Source of the DNA: a virus
Taxonomy: Duplodnaviria > Caudoviricetes
IMG/VR virus record: IMGVR_UViG_2675903334_000001
Direction: 5' to 3' (one strand)
Length of the DNA: 64,000 nucleotides
A model generated the notes under the pieces. That model saw only the letters and a program-made list of their open reading frames with translations, did not search any database and was not told where the DNA came from. Position 1 is the first letter of the stretch; each line of letters starts with the position of its first letter. The translations under genes and the position numbers were made by a program. Shown in pieces: positions 28,270 through 36,189 of this stretch.

Positions 28270-28989
28270 CTAGTGCGGCACCTCGTCGAGCCCGTTTTCC
28301 CGCAGTGTCGCGGTCATCGCCTCTACTACCCGTGCTGCTGGCCAGTCGTCCGGCGCGGAAATCAGTGTGCCCCCGGCTAATTTGACGGCGGTCAGTCTGT
28401 CAACGAGGTGGGTGATAGACCCGACTTCGGTGCTGATCCATGTGCGGTAGCCGACGCCGATTTTCCAGTTTCCGCGCCGGGCGAGCTGCCGTACAGCCAG
28501 GTCGGCGAATTCCGACGTCGCCGGGTTCCACGTCTGGGCGACGGCTGCGCAAACGGCGTCAGCGTCGTTAGTAGTTAGCGCGCCTTGATGCATCTCCCGT
28601 AACTGGACAGCCAATCGGCGTGCCGGAAGACGGCGCCCGACCGCCACGCTGCCCGCCGAGATTCGAACGAGTGGGGCGATACGCGGACCAGTACCTGAGA
28701 TTGAGAAGCTGTACCCGCTCTCGGGTTCAGGTTCTCCGTCGATGCCCCTGACGACATTGGCTAGGACGAAGTCGGTCAGCGAATCGGGAAGCTCTGCCCA
28801 TTCATCGCCAACCGAAACATTCCATCCGGTCACGGCGTAGTCGGACTGCAGCGAGTTCAACAGCGCGCCGGTGCGGTCCGCGATCCACTCGGGAGCCTCG
28901 CCCGAATCCACCCGAATCGCAAGCAACGACGGACGGGCAGCGCCCCACACGGGTCGGTCGACGTCGTTCACAGTGAGCACCTCGCTCAT
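28270..28989 (-). CDS. Immunity protein for the polymorphic toxin (Imm52-like)
   Basis: ATGA coupled to toxin stop; GWRTW-type motif (GYRTWI) near C-terminus. Confidence 0.75.
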   Translation of the reverse strand: MSEVLTVNDVDRPVWGAARPSLLAIRVDSGEAPEWIADRTGALLNSLQSDYAVTGWNVSVGDEWAELPDSLTDFVLANVVRGIDGEPEPESGYSFSISGTGPRIAPLVRISAGSVAVGRRLPARRLAVQLREMHQGALTTNDADAVCAAVAQTWNPATSEFADLAVRQLARRGNWKIGVGYRTWISTEVGSITHLVDRLTAVKLAGGTLISAPDDWPAARVVEAMTATLRENGLDEVPH

Positions 28990-30866
28990 GATTTCGGAGT
29001 GTAGATGACGTCGATGTCGTAGATACCGTTCCCGATGAACAGTTCACGCAGTGCGCTGGCGCCGTAGGGGTCCGACACGTGCCATTCCAGCCTCGCGCCC
29101 GGTGGTAGAGCGGCTAGCTGGCTGTCGGCCTGCGCGAGTGCCTTTTCAGCTCTGCCTGTCCAGTACGAGTTATCGGGTGCAAACGCCAGCCCGCGCATCC
29201 CGTCTTTGGCTTCAAGGAACACCTCTTGCGGACCACGGAAGGTGTGCCCGTCGTAGTCGATCGTTTTCCCGGTGTCTGGGTTCGTGCTCGTGTACTCGGG
29301 AATGTGGCCCTCGGGTGTGCGTTCCACACCGCCGATTTGGCCTTGATAGTCCATCCACGGTTTTTCGGGTCCGCGGTTAACGTGGCGCCATCCTGGGTCG
29401 GTGTCGCCTTTGGTCCATGTTGATTCAGGGGTGTGGGGTGGCCATCCGCCGGGGTGGTGCGGGTCGCCGGATGTGTAGTGCTGTCCGCCGCTCGGATCGA
29501 AAGTGTCCGGCGCGGGCGGGTGGTACTGGGGTGGTGGCGCCGGGTGGTCGGCAGCGGGTGGTGGCGGCGCGGGATGGTCTACAGACGGGGCGGGGTGATC
29601 GACGGCTGGCGGCGAGTGGTCGGCCACGGGGCCGGGGTGGGCGGCGCTCGGCGCTTCGACTGTTGCGTGGCCCGGTGTTGGGGGTGCGTCGTGTGGAAGG
29701 CCCGGCATGTCGAGAAGTCCGCCGCGGCCTGCGATGGTGGCGTCGCCGAGCAGTCCTCGCGCGCCGGCGGCGGCTTCCCCGGCCAGCGGCCCGGTTACCG
29801 CGACGGTACTCGCCTCGGCGAAGCCGGTCCCTATGTTCTTCGGGATGACCTCGGGATGCTGATAGGACGTGACCGCCTGGTCGATCATGTGCTTGGCGTC
29901 TTCGGCCATCCCGAGACCTGGGAACAACGTTCTGACGGTCTCGTTCTGCAGGTCCTTGGCGGTACCGATCCACGCGTCTTTGAACTTGTCGACCCCGTTA
30001 AGGCCCACCTTGCTTTTGGCGTTGTCGATCATTCCGTCGAAGGCTTCGTTGACCCCTTTGCCGAACTGGCGGGCAACACCGGTGCCGAAACCATCCGGCG
30101 GCTTGGGGGTTCCGGGCAGTTTCTGCAATGCACCGACGGTTCCGCTGAAACTGCCCGCCTTACTGGGATCGATCGTGACCTTGTCGCTGGTCGGGGGAGT
30201 CTTCGGGTACCACTCTTTGTAGTTGGCCTGAGCGTCGCCGCCGACAGCAGCCGCGGCCTTGGTCGCGCCAGGATCACCGTCATGGTTGGGTGCCGCCGCC
30301 ACGTTCTGTAGCGCTCCCAGTGCGCCGTTCGGTTTGATGGCTGAGCCCGGTGCCAGCGGCAGCCCCTGGGCAGCAGCGCCGGACGGGTCCGGAAGGCTTT
30401 GGGCGGCTTTGACCGCGGCCTCAAGGTCAGTGTTCGCGGCGTCCCCGGCTGCCCGGATCTGCCGCAGCGTGTTGGTCAGGTAGTCCAGCTCGTTTTTGTC
30501 GTACTTACCGTTGGGTGGGGTGACTTCACCGGTGTCGTAGTTGATCGTGAATTTGCCGCTGGTGGCATCGTTTTCGATCTTTTTCAGCAGCTGTTGCACG
30601 CCCTCGAATTCATCGGCGGCGCGCCGGATCTTGGCTGCCGCGCCCTGCTGTGCTTGGGCGTGCGCGTCGAGGTACTTGCCGTGCGTGTCGATCTCATGGT
30701 GAGCAGCGTCCCCGGAGACGCCTTTCCAGCCATCACCCATGATGGGCAGCTGCTCGACGCCGCGTTTCATGTCCCGGTTCGCCCCGGCCATCGCGTCGAG
30801 GCCGTCTGCGACATCGCGGAACGCCTGGACCTTGGCGCGCTTGATATCGGCCAGCGACAGCGACAT
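28986..30866 (-). CDS. ESX-secreted polymorphic toxin: WXG N-terminus, Pro-rich linker, Tox-REase-5-like nuclease tip
   Basis: GWKG motif; DHPAP repeats; WMDYQGQIGG...YDG...FLEAK...LEWHVS PD-(D/E)xK-type motifs. Confidence 0.88.
   Translation of the reverse strand: MSLSLADIKRAKVQAFRDVADGLDAMAGANRDMKRGVEQLPIMGDGWKGVSGDAAHHEIDTHGKYLDAHAQAQQGAAAKIRRAADEFEGVQQLLKKIENDATSGKFTINYDTGEVTPPNGKYDKNELDYLTNTLRQIRAAGDAANTDLEAAVKAAQSLPDPSGAAAQGLPLAPGSAIKPNGALGALQNVAAAPNHDGDPGATKAAAAVGGDAQANYKEWYPKTPPTSDKVTIDPSKAGSFSGTVGALQKLPGTPKPPDGFGTGVARQFGKGVNEAFDGMIDNAKSKVGLNGVDKFKDAWIGTAKDLQNETVRTLFPGLGMAEDAKHMIDQAVTSYQHPEVIPKNIGTGFAEASTVAVTGPLAGEAAAGARGLLGDATIAGRGGLLDMPGLPHDAPPTPGHATVEAPSAAHPGPVADHSPPAVDHPAPSVDHPAPPPPAADHPAPPPQYHPPAPDTFDPSGGQHYTSGDPHHPGGWPPHTPESTWTKGDTDPGWRHVNRGPEKPWMDYQGQIGGVERTPEGHIPEYTSTNPDTGKTIDYDGHTFRGPQEVFLEAKDGMRGLAFAPDNSYWTGRAEKALAQADSQLAALPPGARLEWHVSDPYGASALRELFIGNGIYDIDVIYTPKS
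29510..29625 (-). repeat. Pro/His-rich DHP[A/S]P linker repeats in toxin
   Basis: ADHSPPAVDHPAPSVDHPAPPPPAADHPAPPPQYHPPAP. Confidence 0.8.
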
Positions 30867-30872
30867 GACGGG

Positions 30873-31187
30873 TTACGCCTTGGCCTGCGGTCGGCTGCCC
30901 AGGATGTTCACGGCGTTCTGTTCTTCCATCCCGGCGAAGGCGTACCCGATCTGATCGAACGCGTCGCGGTAATGGGTGGCCTCGTTCTCGACATGCTTGG
31001 AATGGCCCTGCCATCCAGTCGACTCACTACTGAGCGCCGAGGCCGCACCACCAACCCACCCGGACATGGCCGCACTGATCGCCGCGTGTGCCTTGGCGTG
31101 GGCGGCGCGGTGCGCGGCCAGCAGCCGATCCATCTCGTCGGCGGAACGGTGCAGCAACTCGGGATTGACTTGTAGATGTCCGGTCAT
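30873..31187 (-). CDS. WXG100 family ESX substrate
   Basis: 104 aa helical hairpin, central SGWVGG, C-terminal FAGME. Confidence 0.9.
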   Translation of the reverse strand: MTGHLQVNPELLHRSADEMDRLLAAHRAAHAKAHAAISAAMSGWVGGAASALSSESTGWQGHSKHVENEATHYRDAFDQIGYAFAGMEEQNAVNILGSRPQAKA

Positions 31188-31441
31188 CGCACCCCCAGCG
31201 GCCCCTAGCTAAAAGATAGGCAGAACGTTACACCGAGGTCTAGCAACATGCTTGGGTGCCTTGCTGGTCGGTACGTACCGCCGTTCCGTGGTGCCGTGAG
31301 GGGAGTCGGGCCGGTAGTGAGCGGTGCGCCGGTTGTTGACGTGGTCAACACTGCCCCGGACAACCGCAGGTGGCGAGAGTCAGCGAAAACGTCCGAGAAT
31401 CGCCAAAACCCTGGTCGGGGTGCATAACCGCAGGTCACGGG

Positions 31442-31466
31442 CGGGTTCAATTCCCGGCAGCTCCAC
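31442..31466 (+). other. att common core = 3' fragment of tmRNA (T-arm plus acceptor strand); junction of the two prophages
   Basis: CGGGTTCAATTCCCGGCAGCTCCAC: T-loop TTCAATT, stem CGGG/CCCG, CAGCTCC complementary to the tmRNA 5' GGGGCTG; no upstream tmRNA body; integrase 89 bp downstream. Confidence 0.85.
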
Positions 31467-31492
31467 AATTAAATACGCCTTGAACAGCAGTA

Positions 31493-31560
31493 ATGCAATC
31501 ACGCGACGCCATGCAACGCCATATGCAACACCTTTCGGTGATATGGTCCGTTGCATGGCG
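31493..31560. repeat. Candidate integrase arm-type sites
   Basis: CGCCATGCAAC (31507-31517), CGCCATATGCAAC (31517-31529), exact inverted GTTGCATGGCG (31550-31560), ATGCAA (31493). Confidence 0.6.
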
Positions 31561-32640
31561 TCGATTCGTACGCGGTCGCTCAAGTCCGGCGAATGCTGGG
31601 ACGTGCTCTACCGCATGGGCGGCCGCCAGTTCTCGCTGACTTTTGAGAGCTCAGGGGCCGCCGATGCGTTCCGAACGCTCGTTGACGCCCACGGCGCAGA
31701 GCGGGCACTCCAGATGCACAACATTGCGCTACCCGAACCACGCTCAGGCCTGACTGTCGGGAAGTGGGTGACGCATCACATCGAGCACCTGACCGGTGTG
31801 GATCAACGGACCGTTCAGGACTACCTCGGGTATCTCAAGAACGACATCGAGCCCGCATTCGGTGCGATGCCTCTAGAGGCACTGTCGCGGGAGGACGTCT
31901 CGCTGTGGGTGCAATCGTTGGGAGATAAGCACGCCGCCAAGACCGTCGCCAATAAGCACGGCTTCCTCTCGGCCGCGCTGGCGACGGCGGTGGCTGCGGG
32001 GAAGATCGCCAGCAATCCGGCCGACCGGACCCGCCTGCCGCGCGGCATTGGTCACGAAATGGTCTTCCTCACCAAGAGCGAATTCGCCCATCTCAACGAG
32101 CAGGTCACCGAGCCATGGCGCCCACTGCCCGAGTTCCTGGTCACCTCCGGAGCCCGTTGGGGTGAGGTAAGTGCCCTCAAGCCCTCGGACGTGGACCGCG
32201 ACGCTGGAACCGTCCGCATCACGCGGGCGTGGAGGCGCGACAACCACGGATACCGCATCGGACCACCGAAGACGAAGCGGTCGGTCCGCACGATCAACGT
32301 TCCCGGGTCGGTGCTTGAGAAACTCGACTACTCAGGGGAGTGGCTGTTCACCAACCCCGGGCGAGGTCGACGTGCCGAGGGTGGCCCGGTGCGTGCTGTG
32401 AACTTCCGCGCAAACGTCTGGACGCCGGCCGTCGAGCGAGCTGAGCTTGACCCGCGGCCAAGGATTCACGATATGCGGCACACCTGCGCGTCGTGGCTCA
32501 TCGCGGCCGGCGTTCCGCTGCCGGTCATCCAGCGGCACCTCGGGCATGAGTCCATCACCACAACGGTCAATACGTATGGGCACCTTGATCGGTCCTCGAT
32601 GCGGGCTGCGGCCGAGGTGATGGAGAGGGCGCTGGCTTAA
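31555..32640 (+). CDS. int: Tyrosine integrase
   Basis: GARWGE (R), KTKRS (K), IHDMRH (HxxR), LGH, TVNTYGH (Y). Confidence 0.96.
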   Translation: MASIRTRSLKSGECWDVLYRMGGRQFSLTFESSGAADAFRTLVDAHGAERALQMHNIALPEPRSGLTVGKWVTHHIEHLTGVDQRTVQDYLGYLKNDIEPAFGAMPLEALSREDVSLWVQSLGDKHAAKTVANKHGFLSAALATAVAAGKIASNPADRTRLPRGIGHEMVFLTKSEFAHLNEQVTEPWRPLPEFLVTSGARWGEVSALKPSDVDRDAGTVRITRAWRRDNHGYRIGPPKTKRSVRTINVPGSVLEKLDYSGEWLFTNPGRGRRAEGGPVRAVNFRANVWTPAVERAELDPRPRIHDMRHTCASWLIAAGVPLPVIQRHLGHESITTTVNTYGHLDRSSMRAAAEVMERALA

Positions 32641-32697
32641 CTGACCTTCGCGGGTAATCGGCACCACAAGAGGCGCGTCGTAGGGCAGACTTGCCCG

Positions 32698-33477
32698 GTG
32701 CCGAACATCGATGTGAATGGGCAGTCCATCCACTACACCGACAACGGGGCAGATGGCCCCGTGATCCTGGCGACGCATGCGACGCTGATGGATGTCGTTT
32801 CGTTGGACAAGCTGACGAAGCGCTTGCCAGGCAGAGTGATCGCGTTCGATCTGCGCGGCCACGGTCAAACCGTCTACGACCGGCAGCCCTATGACTACCT
32901 TGACGTGGCGCAAGACGCCCTCGGCTTGATGGATCAGCTTGGCGTTGAACACTTCACGTTCCTAGGCGAGGGCCAGGGCGCCGTGGTTGCCCTGCGTACC
33001 GCGCTCGCTGCGCCGGAGCGTGTCGACCGACTGATCCTGATCGGACCGACCGCAGATGCCGCTTCCGACAGCGAGAATGCCGCACTGGATGCGTCCATGG
33101 ACGTTTGGTGCACACTAGGTCCGGACCCGGAGGTCTATCACCTCGTCGCGCAGTATGCGACCGGTGGCAGCCCGGAGGACGCCGCCGATCTGCTGCGGCG
33201 GTGGCAGTCGTCCGCGTGGCGTGACTATCGCCCTGCCGCGACCGCCCTCGCAACCCGCCCCAGATTCGTAGATCAACTGCACGAAATCACCTGCCCGACT
33301 CTCATCGTTCATGGCACCGGCGACTTCTACGTGTCCATCGATTTCGGGCGGGAGGTTTCCGAAAATTTAGGTGGACCAACGGAATTCGTGGAGCTGCCCA
33401 CTGAGCGTCAGGCGATCACCGTCGCGTTTGATCCGCGTGTAGGCGACGCTGTGCTCAGCTGGCTTGGCGATCGATAA
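32698..33477 (+). CDS. Alpha/beta hydrolase-fold protein lacking catalytic Ser and His
   Basis: FDLRGHG and VHGTGD motifs present; nucleophile elbow reads GEGQG; no His near C-terminus. Confidence 0.85.
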   Translation: MPNIDVNGQSIHYTDNGADGPVILATHATLMDVVSLDKLTKRLPGRVIAFDLRGHGQTVYDRQPYDYLDVAQDALGLMDQLGVEHFTFLGEGQGAVVALRTALAAPERVDRLILIGPTADAASDSENAALDASMDVWCTLGPDPEVYHLVAQYATGGSPEDAADLLRRWQSSAWRDYRPAATALATRPRFVDQLHEITCPTLIVHGTGDFYVSIDFGREVSENLGGPTEFVELPTERQAITVAFDPRVGDAVLSWLGDR

Positions 33478-34168
33478 CTGCCCCGAACAGTAGAACGCCA
33501 TCATGCATCGATGAGCGCCACGCCCTCATATCGACCGTCACGATATCTTCGGTGTCGAGGTCGCGCAGAACCCACGGTCGCGTCGCGGGGTCGATCGGTA
33601 TTATCTGCGAATCCCATTGCCGCTTAAATACTTTGATCGGCATGAGGCTACGCACAACCGACTGTAACCCAAGGTCGCTCGGTGCTGCGGCCAGTCCGAA
33701 ACGCAACAGGCCGACGCACCATTCCGAGGTCTCGTCCCAGTTCTGGATTACATCGAGCGCCTTGGTTGAGTGGTAATGCCAGTGCACCAGGTTGGGCGTG
33801 ATCCACACACCCTTGAACAGGCGCATGAATTCATCATTTGCTTCCTCGACCGTCCACCCCGCGCTCATCCATGCCGCGGGATGCGGGTTGACTGCCTGTA
33901 TGTACCTGCGGATATCCGGCATTGGCATTGCGGTCTCCGTAGCCATCTTGCCCCCGAGTGCATGTAAGTAGTGCGATTCCCATGACGATAACCCCAGCGC
34001 GCGCGAAATGGCGGCGAGTGCTGTTGCTGGCGGTACGTGACTGTTGGACTCGACCTGCCGCACCCAAGATGCCGAGTAGCCGGTCAGGTCCGCGAGCTCC
34101 CGCTGGCTTGTACCACGTCGACCGCGCGCAGCACGCAAGAATGACCCAAGATCATTGCCTGCGAACAT
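33455..34168 (-). CDS. XRE-family HTH regulator with MmyB-like ligand-binding domain
   Basis: LGSFLRAARGRRGTSQRELADLTGYSASWVRQVE HTH; PHPAAW...ANDEF...NLVHW PAS-like part; start ATG 34168 inferred. Confidence 0.82.
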   Translation of the reverse strand: MFAGNDLGSFLRAARGRRGTSQRELADLTGYSASWVRQVESNSHVPPATALAAISRALGLSSWESHYLHALGGKMATETAMPMPDIRRYIQAVNPHPAAWMSAGWTVEEANDEFMRLFKGVWITPNLVHWHYHSTKALDVIQNWDETSEWCVGLLRFGLAAAPSDLGLQSVVRSLMPIKVFKRQWDSQIIPIDPATRPWVLRDLDTEDIVTVDMRAWRSSMHDGVLLFGAVIDRQAS

Positions 34169-34361
34169 ACAACAAACGTAAACACTCAAGAGCTTGACCG
34201 ATACCTCAGCCTGATGATTGGCTGTAAATCCGAATCTCGCACGACTCAGGGGGGAACCGAGAGATGTTGAGCACCTGAATAATTGGCTTGCTGAGCGAGC
34301 CCACACCCTCCGGTTTCCGGTGATTCGTTAGAACCTCTCCCATCCGCTCCGTTCAGGAGGT

Positions 34362-35147
34362 ATGTCAATGCACGCTGCCCTCATCACGTTCACCGTGGCG
34401 ACCATCTGCTGGTCGCTATGGATACGGAGGGTGACATGGACCCGGCGAATGGAAGTTGCTGCCACCCTCAACATTGCCCTACAGGCCGCAGCACTATTCC
34501 TGATGTCTCCGCTGGCCTCAAGTACTATCGGCCTCGCCCCACACGCGCTCACCGGCTGCTGGAATCTTGAGGATTTGTTAGCGCATGACCTCTATATCGT
34601 GGCCGCCTCGGCCATCGTGTACCACATGCTCCTGCGGCTAGATCGGCAGCAGTTAACGCGCCGATTCCGGTTGCACATCGAATTACCTGCGACGATAAGC
34701 CTTCCGATCATGTTGGCGCTATTCACATTCGGGCCAGGTGCGCAGGAATACCGTGCCGACTTTTTTCGCGCCCCGACTGACTGGTGGCTCAATGCCTACT
34801 GGTGGGTGATATGCGGCACCTTGATTTACCTGCTGGGGTACAGCGTGCTCGCCCTCATACCGATGTGGCACGAGCCATCAATCCGCGGACTATCTGCGGC
34901 GTACATGCTGGCGGCTGGCGCGGGGATCGTTGCCTGCCTCGCCCGGATTGCGACGACCCTGCTACCAGCGGCAATGCAGGACACCTCGGGAGCGTCGCTT
35001 GCCGTATGGGTGCCGGCCTGCCTGTGCGGGGCTGGATATGCGGCGATCTTGGCCCAGTCTTGGCTAACGAAGAATCGGGTTACGGGGCGTCAGTCGCAGG
35101 GTCGTATACGTCCCGATGGACAGGAGTTTTCCGGGGCCGCGTCTTAG
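34362..35147 (+). CDS. Multi-pass membrane protein (MAB_1171c-like)
   Basis: RBS AGGAGG; about 7 TM segments; family assignment from recall. Confidence 0.75.
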   Translation: MSMHAALITFTVATICWSLWIRRVTWTRRMEVAATLNIALQAAALFLMSPLASSTIGLAPHALTGCWNLEDLLAHDLYIVAASAIVYHMLLRLDRQQLTRRFRLHIELPATISLPIMLALFTFGPGAQEYRADFFRAPTDWWLNAYWWVICGTLIYLLGYSVLALIPMWHEPSIRGLSAAYMLAAGAGIVACLARIATTLLPAAMQDTSGASLAVWVPACLCGAGYAAILAQSWLTKNRVTGRQSQGRIRPDGQEFSGAAS

Positions 35148-35475
35148 TCGTGGTGCGGCCCTGCGCTTTTGGGGCACTCTCGGTACCCCCAGTGAATCCG
35201 GGGAAGCCTGGCTGTGGTCCGATGATCCCGAATTCAACCTGCAGGTTGATGAAGCCGTCGTCTCCGAGCTTGTAGTAAGCGGCGATCTGCCGCAACTCCT
35301 CTGCGTTCGGAAAGTCTTCGGCGTCTCTGCGGCCCGTTGTCCGGTTGTCTCCGCGATATTGAAATGGGCTGAGTCCTGCGGCTTCGTGCACTTCGGTGAC
35401 ACGAACGTCAGCGCCGACGATCTCGGCTTGCAAGAACGTCTTGAGGTCGCGCCCTCTGCGATCGGTTCTCGGCAC
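35080..35475 (-). CDS. Probable immunity repressor
   Basis: Leftward gene divergent from the Cro-like gene; FPNAEELRQIAAYY helix; no textbook HTH seen. Confidence 0.6.
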   Translation of the reverse strand: MPRTDRRGRDLKTFLQAEIVGADVRVTEVHEAAGLSPFQYRGDNRTTGRRDAEDFPNAEELRQIAAYYKLGDDGFINLQVEFGIIGPQPGFPGFTGGTESAPKAQGRTTTKTRPRKTPVHRDVYDPATDAP

Positions 35476-35611
35476 GCCCGAATGCTATCCCGGATTTCCG
35501 GAACTCGTCAATCGAGCTGACGTGCTGAAATGCGGCAAACGGCGCTCTCCAAATCGTGACTTTCCGCAAAATAGTGCTGGAATTCCGTAACGCGATGCTA
35601 GTCTTCCAGCT
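35476..35611. promoter_or_regulatory. Divergent promoter/operator region of the genetic switch
   Basis: Palindrome CCGGATTTCCGG (35490-35501); related TTTCCGCA (35561) and ATTCCGTA (35582). Confidence 0.55.
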
Positions 35612-35893
35612 GTGAGTTACGGACTGGAGTGGCTCCCCCAGGGAGTCCAAAACACATTGGCCGTCAACGGAATTGAGACGGCCGCCCAACTGTCCCGAGC
35701 CATCAAAGTCAGCAACTCGGTTGTTTACGACGCGTTCGACAAAGACTGGAAGGGGCGGGCCACGCCCACCCTGATTGACGCGATGTGCCGGACGTTCGGC
35801 GTCCCGATGCATCAGCTTGTCGTGGAGCCGATGACCAAGGTCAAGAGAATCCCCGCCGTCACTAGCGGCCGGAAGCGCCGGGCTACCGCATGA
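35612..35893 (+). CDS. Cro-like HTH protein
   Basis: TAAQLSRAIKVSNSVVYDAF HTH; first rightward early gene. Confidence 0.7.
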   Translation: MSYGLEWLPQGVQNTLAVNGIETAAQLSRAIKVSNSVVYDAFDKDWKGRATPTLIDAMCRTFGVPMHQLVVEPMTKVKRIPAVTSGRKRRATA

Positions 35894-36189
35894 ACGTCGA
35901 GACATTCTCACTGGCCGAAGTCGCAGCCGCAGCGCTCCCCAAGCACTGGAAGCACCCCGAGCGGTGGCTCCGTGAGCGGCTGAACCGTGGTGAACTTGTC
36001 GGCTACCGTGTCGGACGCGAATGGCGGCTCACTCGCGACCAGCTCGACGCGTTGATCGCGAAGTGCACCAACGTGGCCGCACCCATCGCTGACCCCGCAC
36101 CGGCCGCTGATCCTGCACCTGCGCCGGTGGCGGATCCGTCAGCACTCGGTCTGTCTGCGCGGTCCCGTCGAAAGCTGATCAGCGCATGA
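35890..36189 (+). CDS. Excisionase-like winged-HTH protein
   Basis: FSLAEVA...WLRERLNRGELVGYRVGREWRLTRDQLD. Confidence 0.75.
   Translation: MNVETFSLAEVAAAALPKHWKHPERWLRERLNRGELVGYRVGREWRLTRDQLDALIAKCTNVAAPIADPAPAADPAPAPVADPSALGLSARSRRKLISA

Larger units (their letters stand above)
1..31466 (+). mobile_element. Prophage 1 (right part: packaging, head, tail, lysis, toxin cassette; ends at att core)
   Basis: Continuous canonical siphovirus late-gene order followed by a tmRNA-derived att core; left end lies outside the window. Confidence 0.92.

Noticed and set aside
31380-31470. Complete tRNA or tmRNA gene
   Set aside because: Only the T-arm and 3' acceptor strand are present; upstream sequence cannot form the 5' acceptor, D arm or tag frame.
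31324-31554. Longer integrase start given by the ORF track
   Set aside because: The extension runs through the att core and is not integrase-like; ATG 31555 gives a normal MASIRTR N-terminus.
31200-31600. Ordinary attP of a single free phage genome
   Set aside because: A second, divergent terminase-portal-capsid-tail module follows at 55009, which a single genome would not have; an assembly chimera cannot be excluded without reads.
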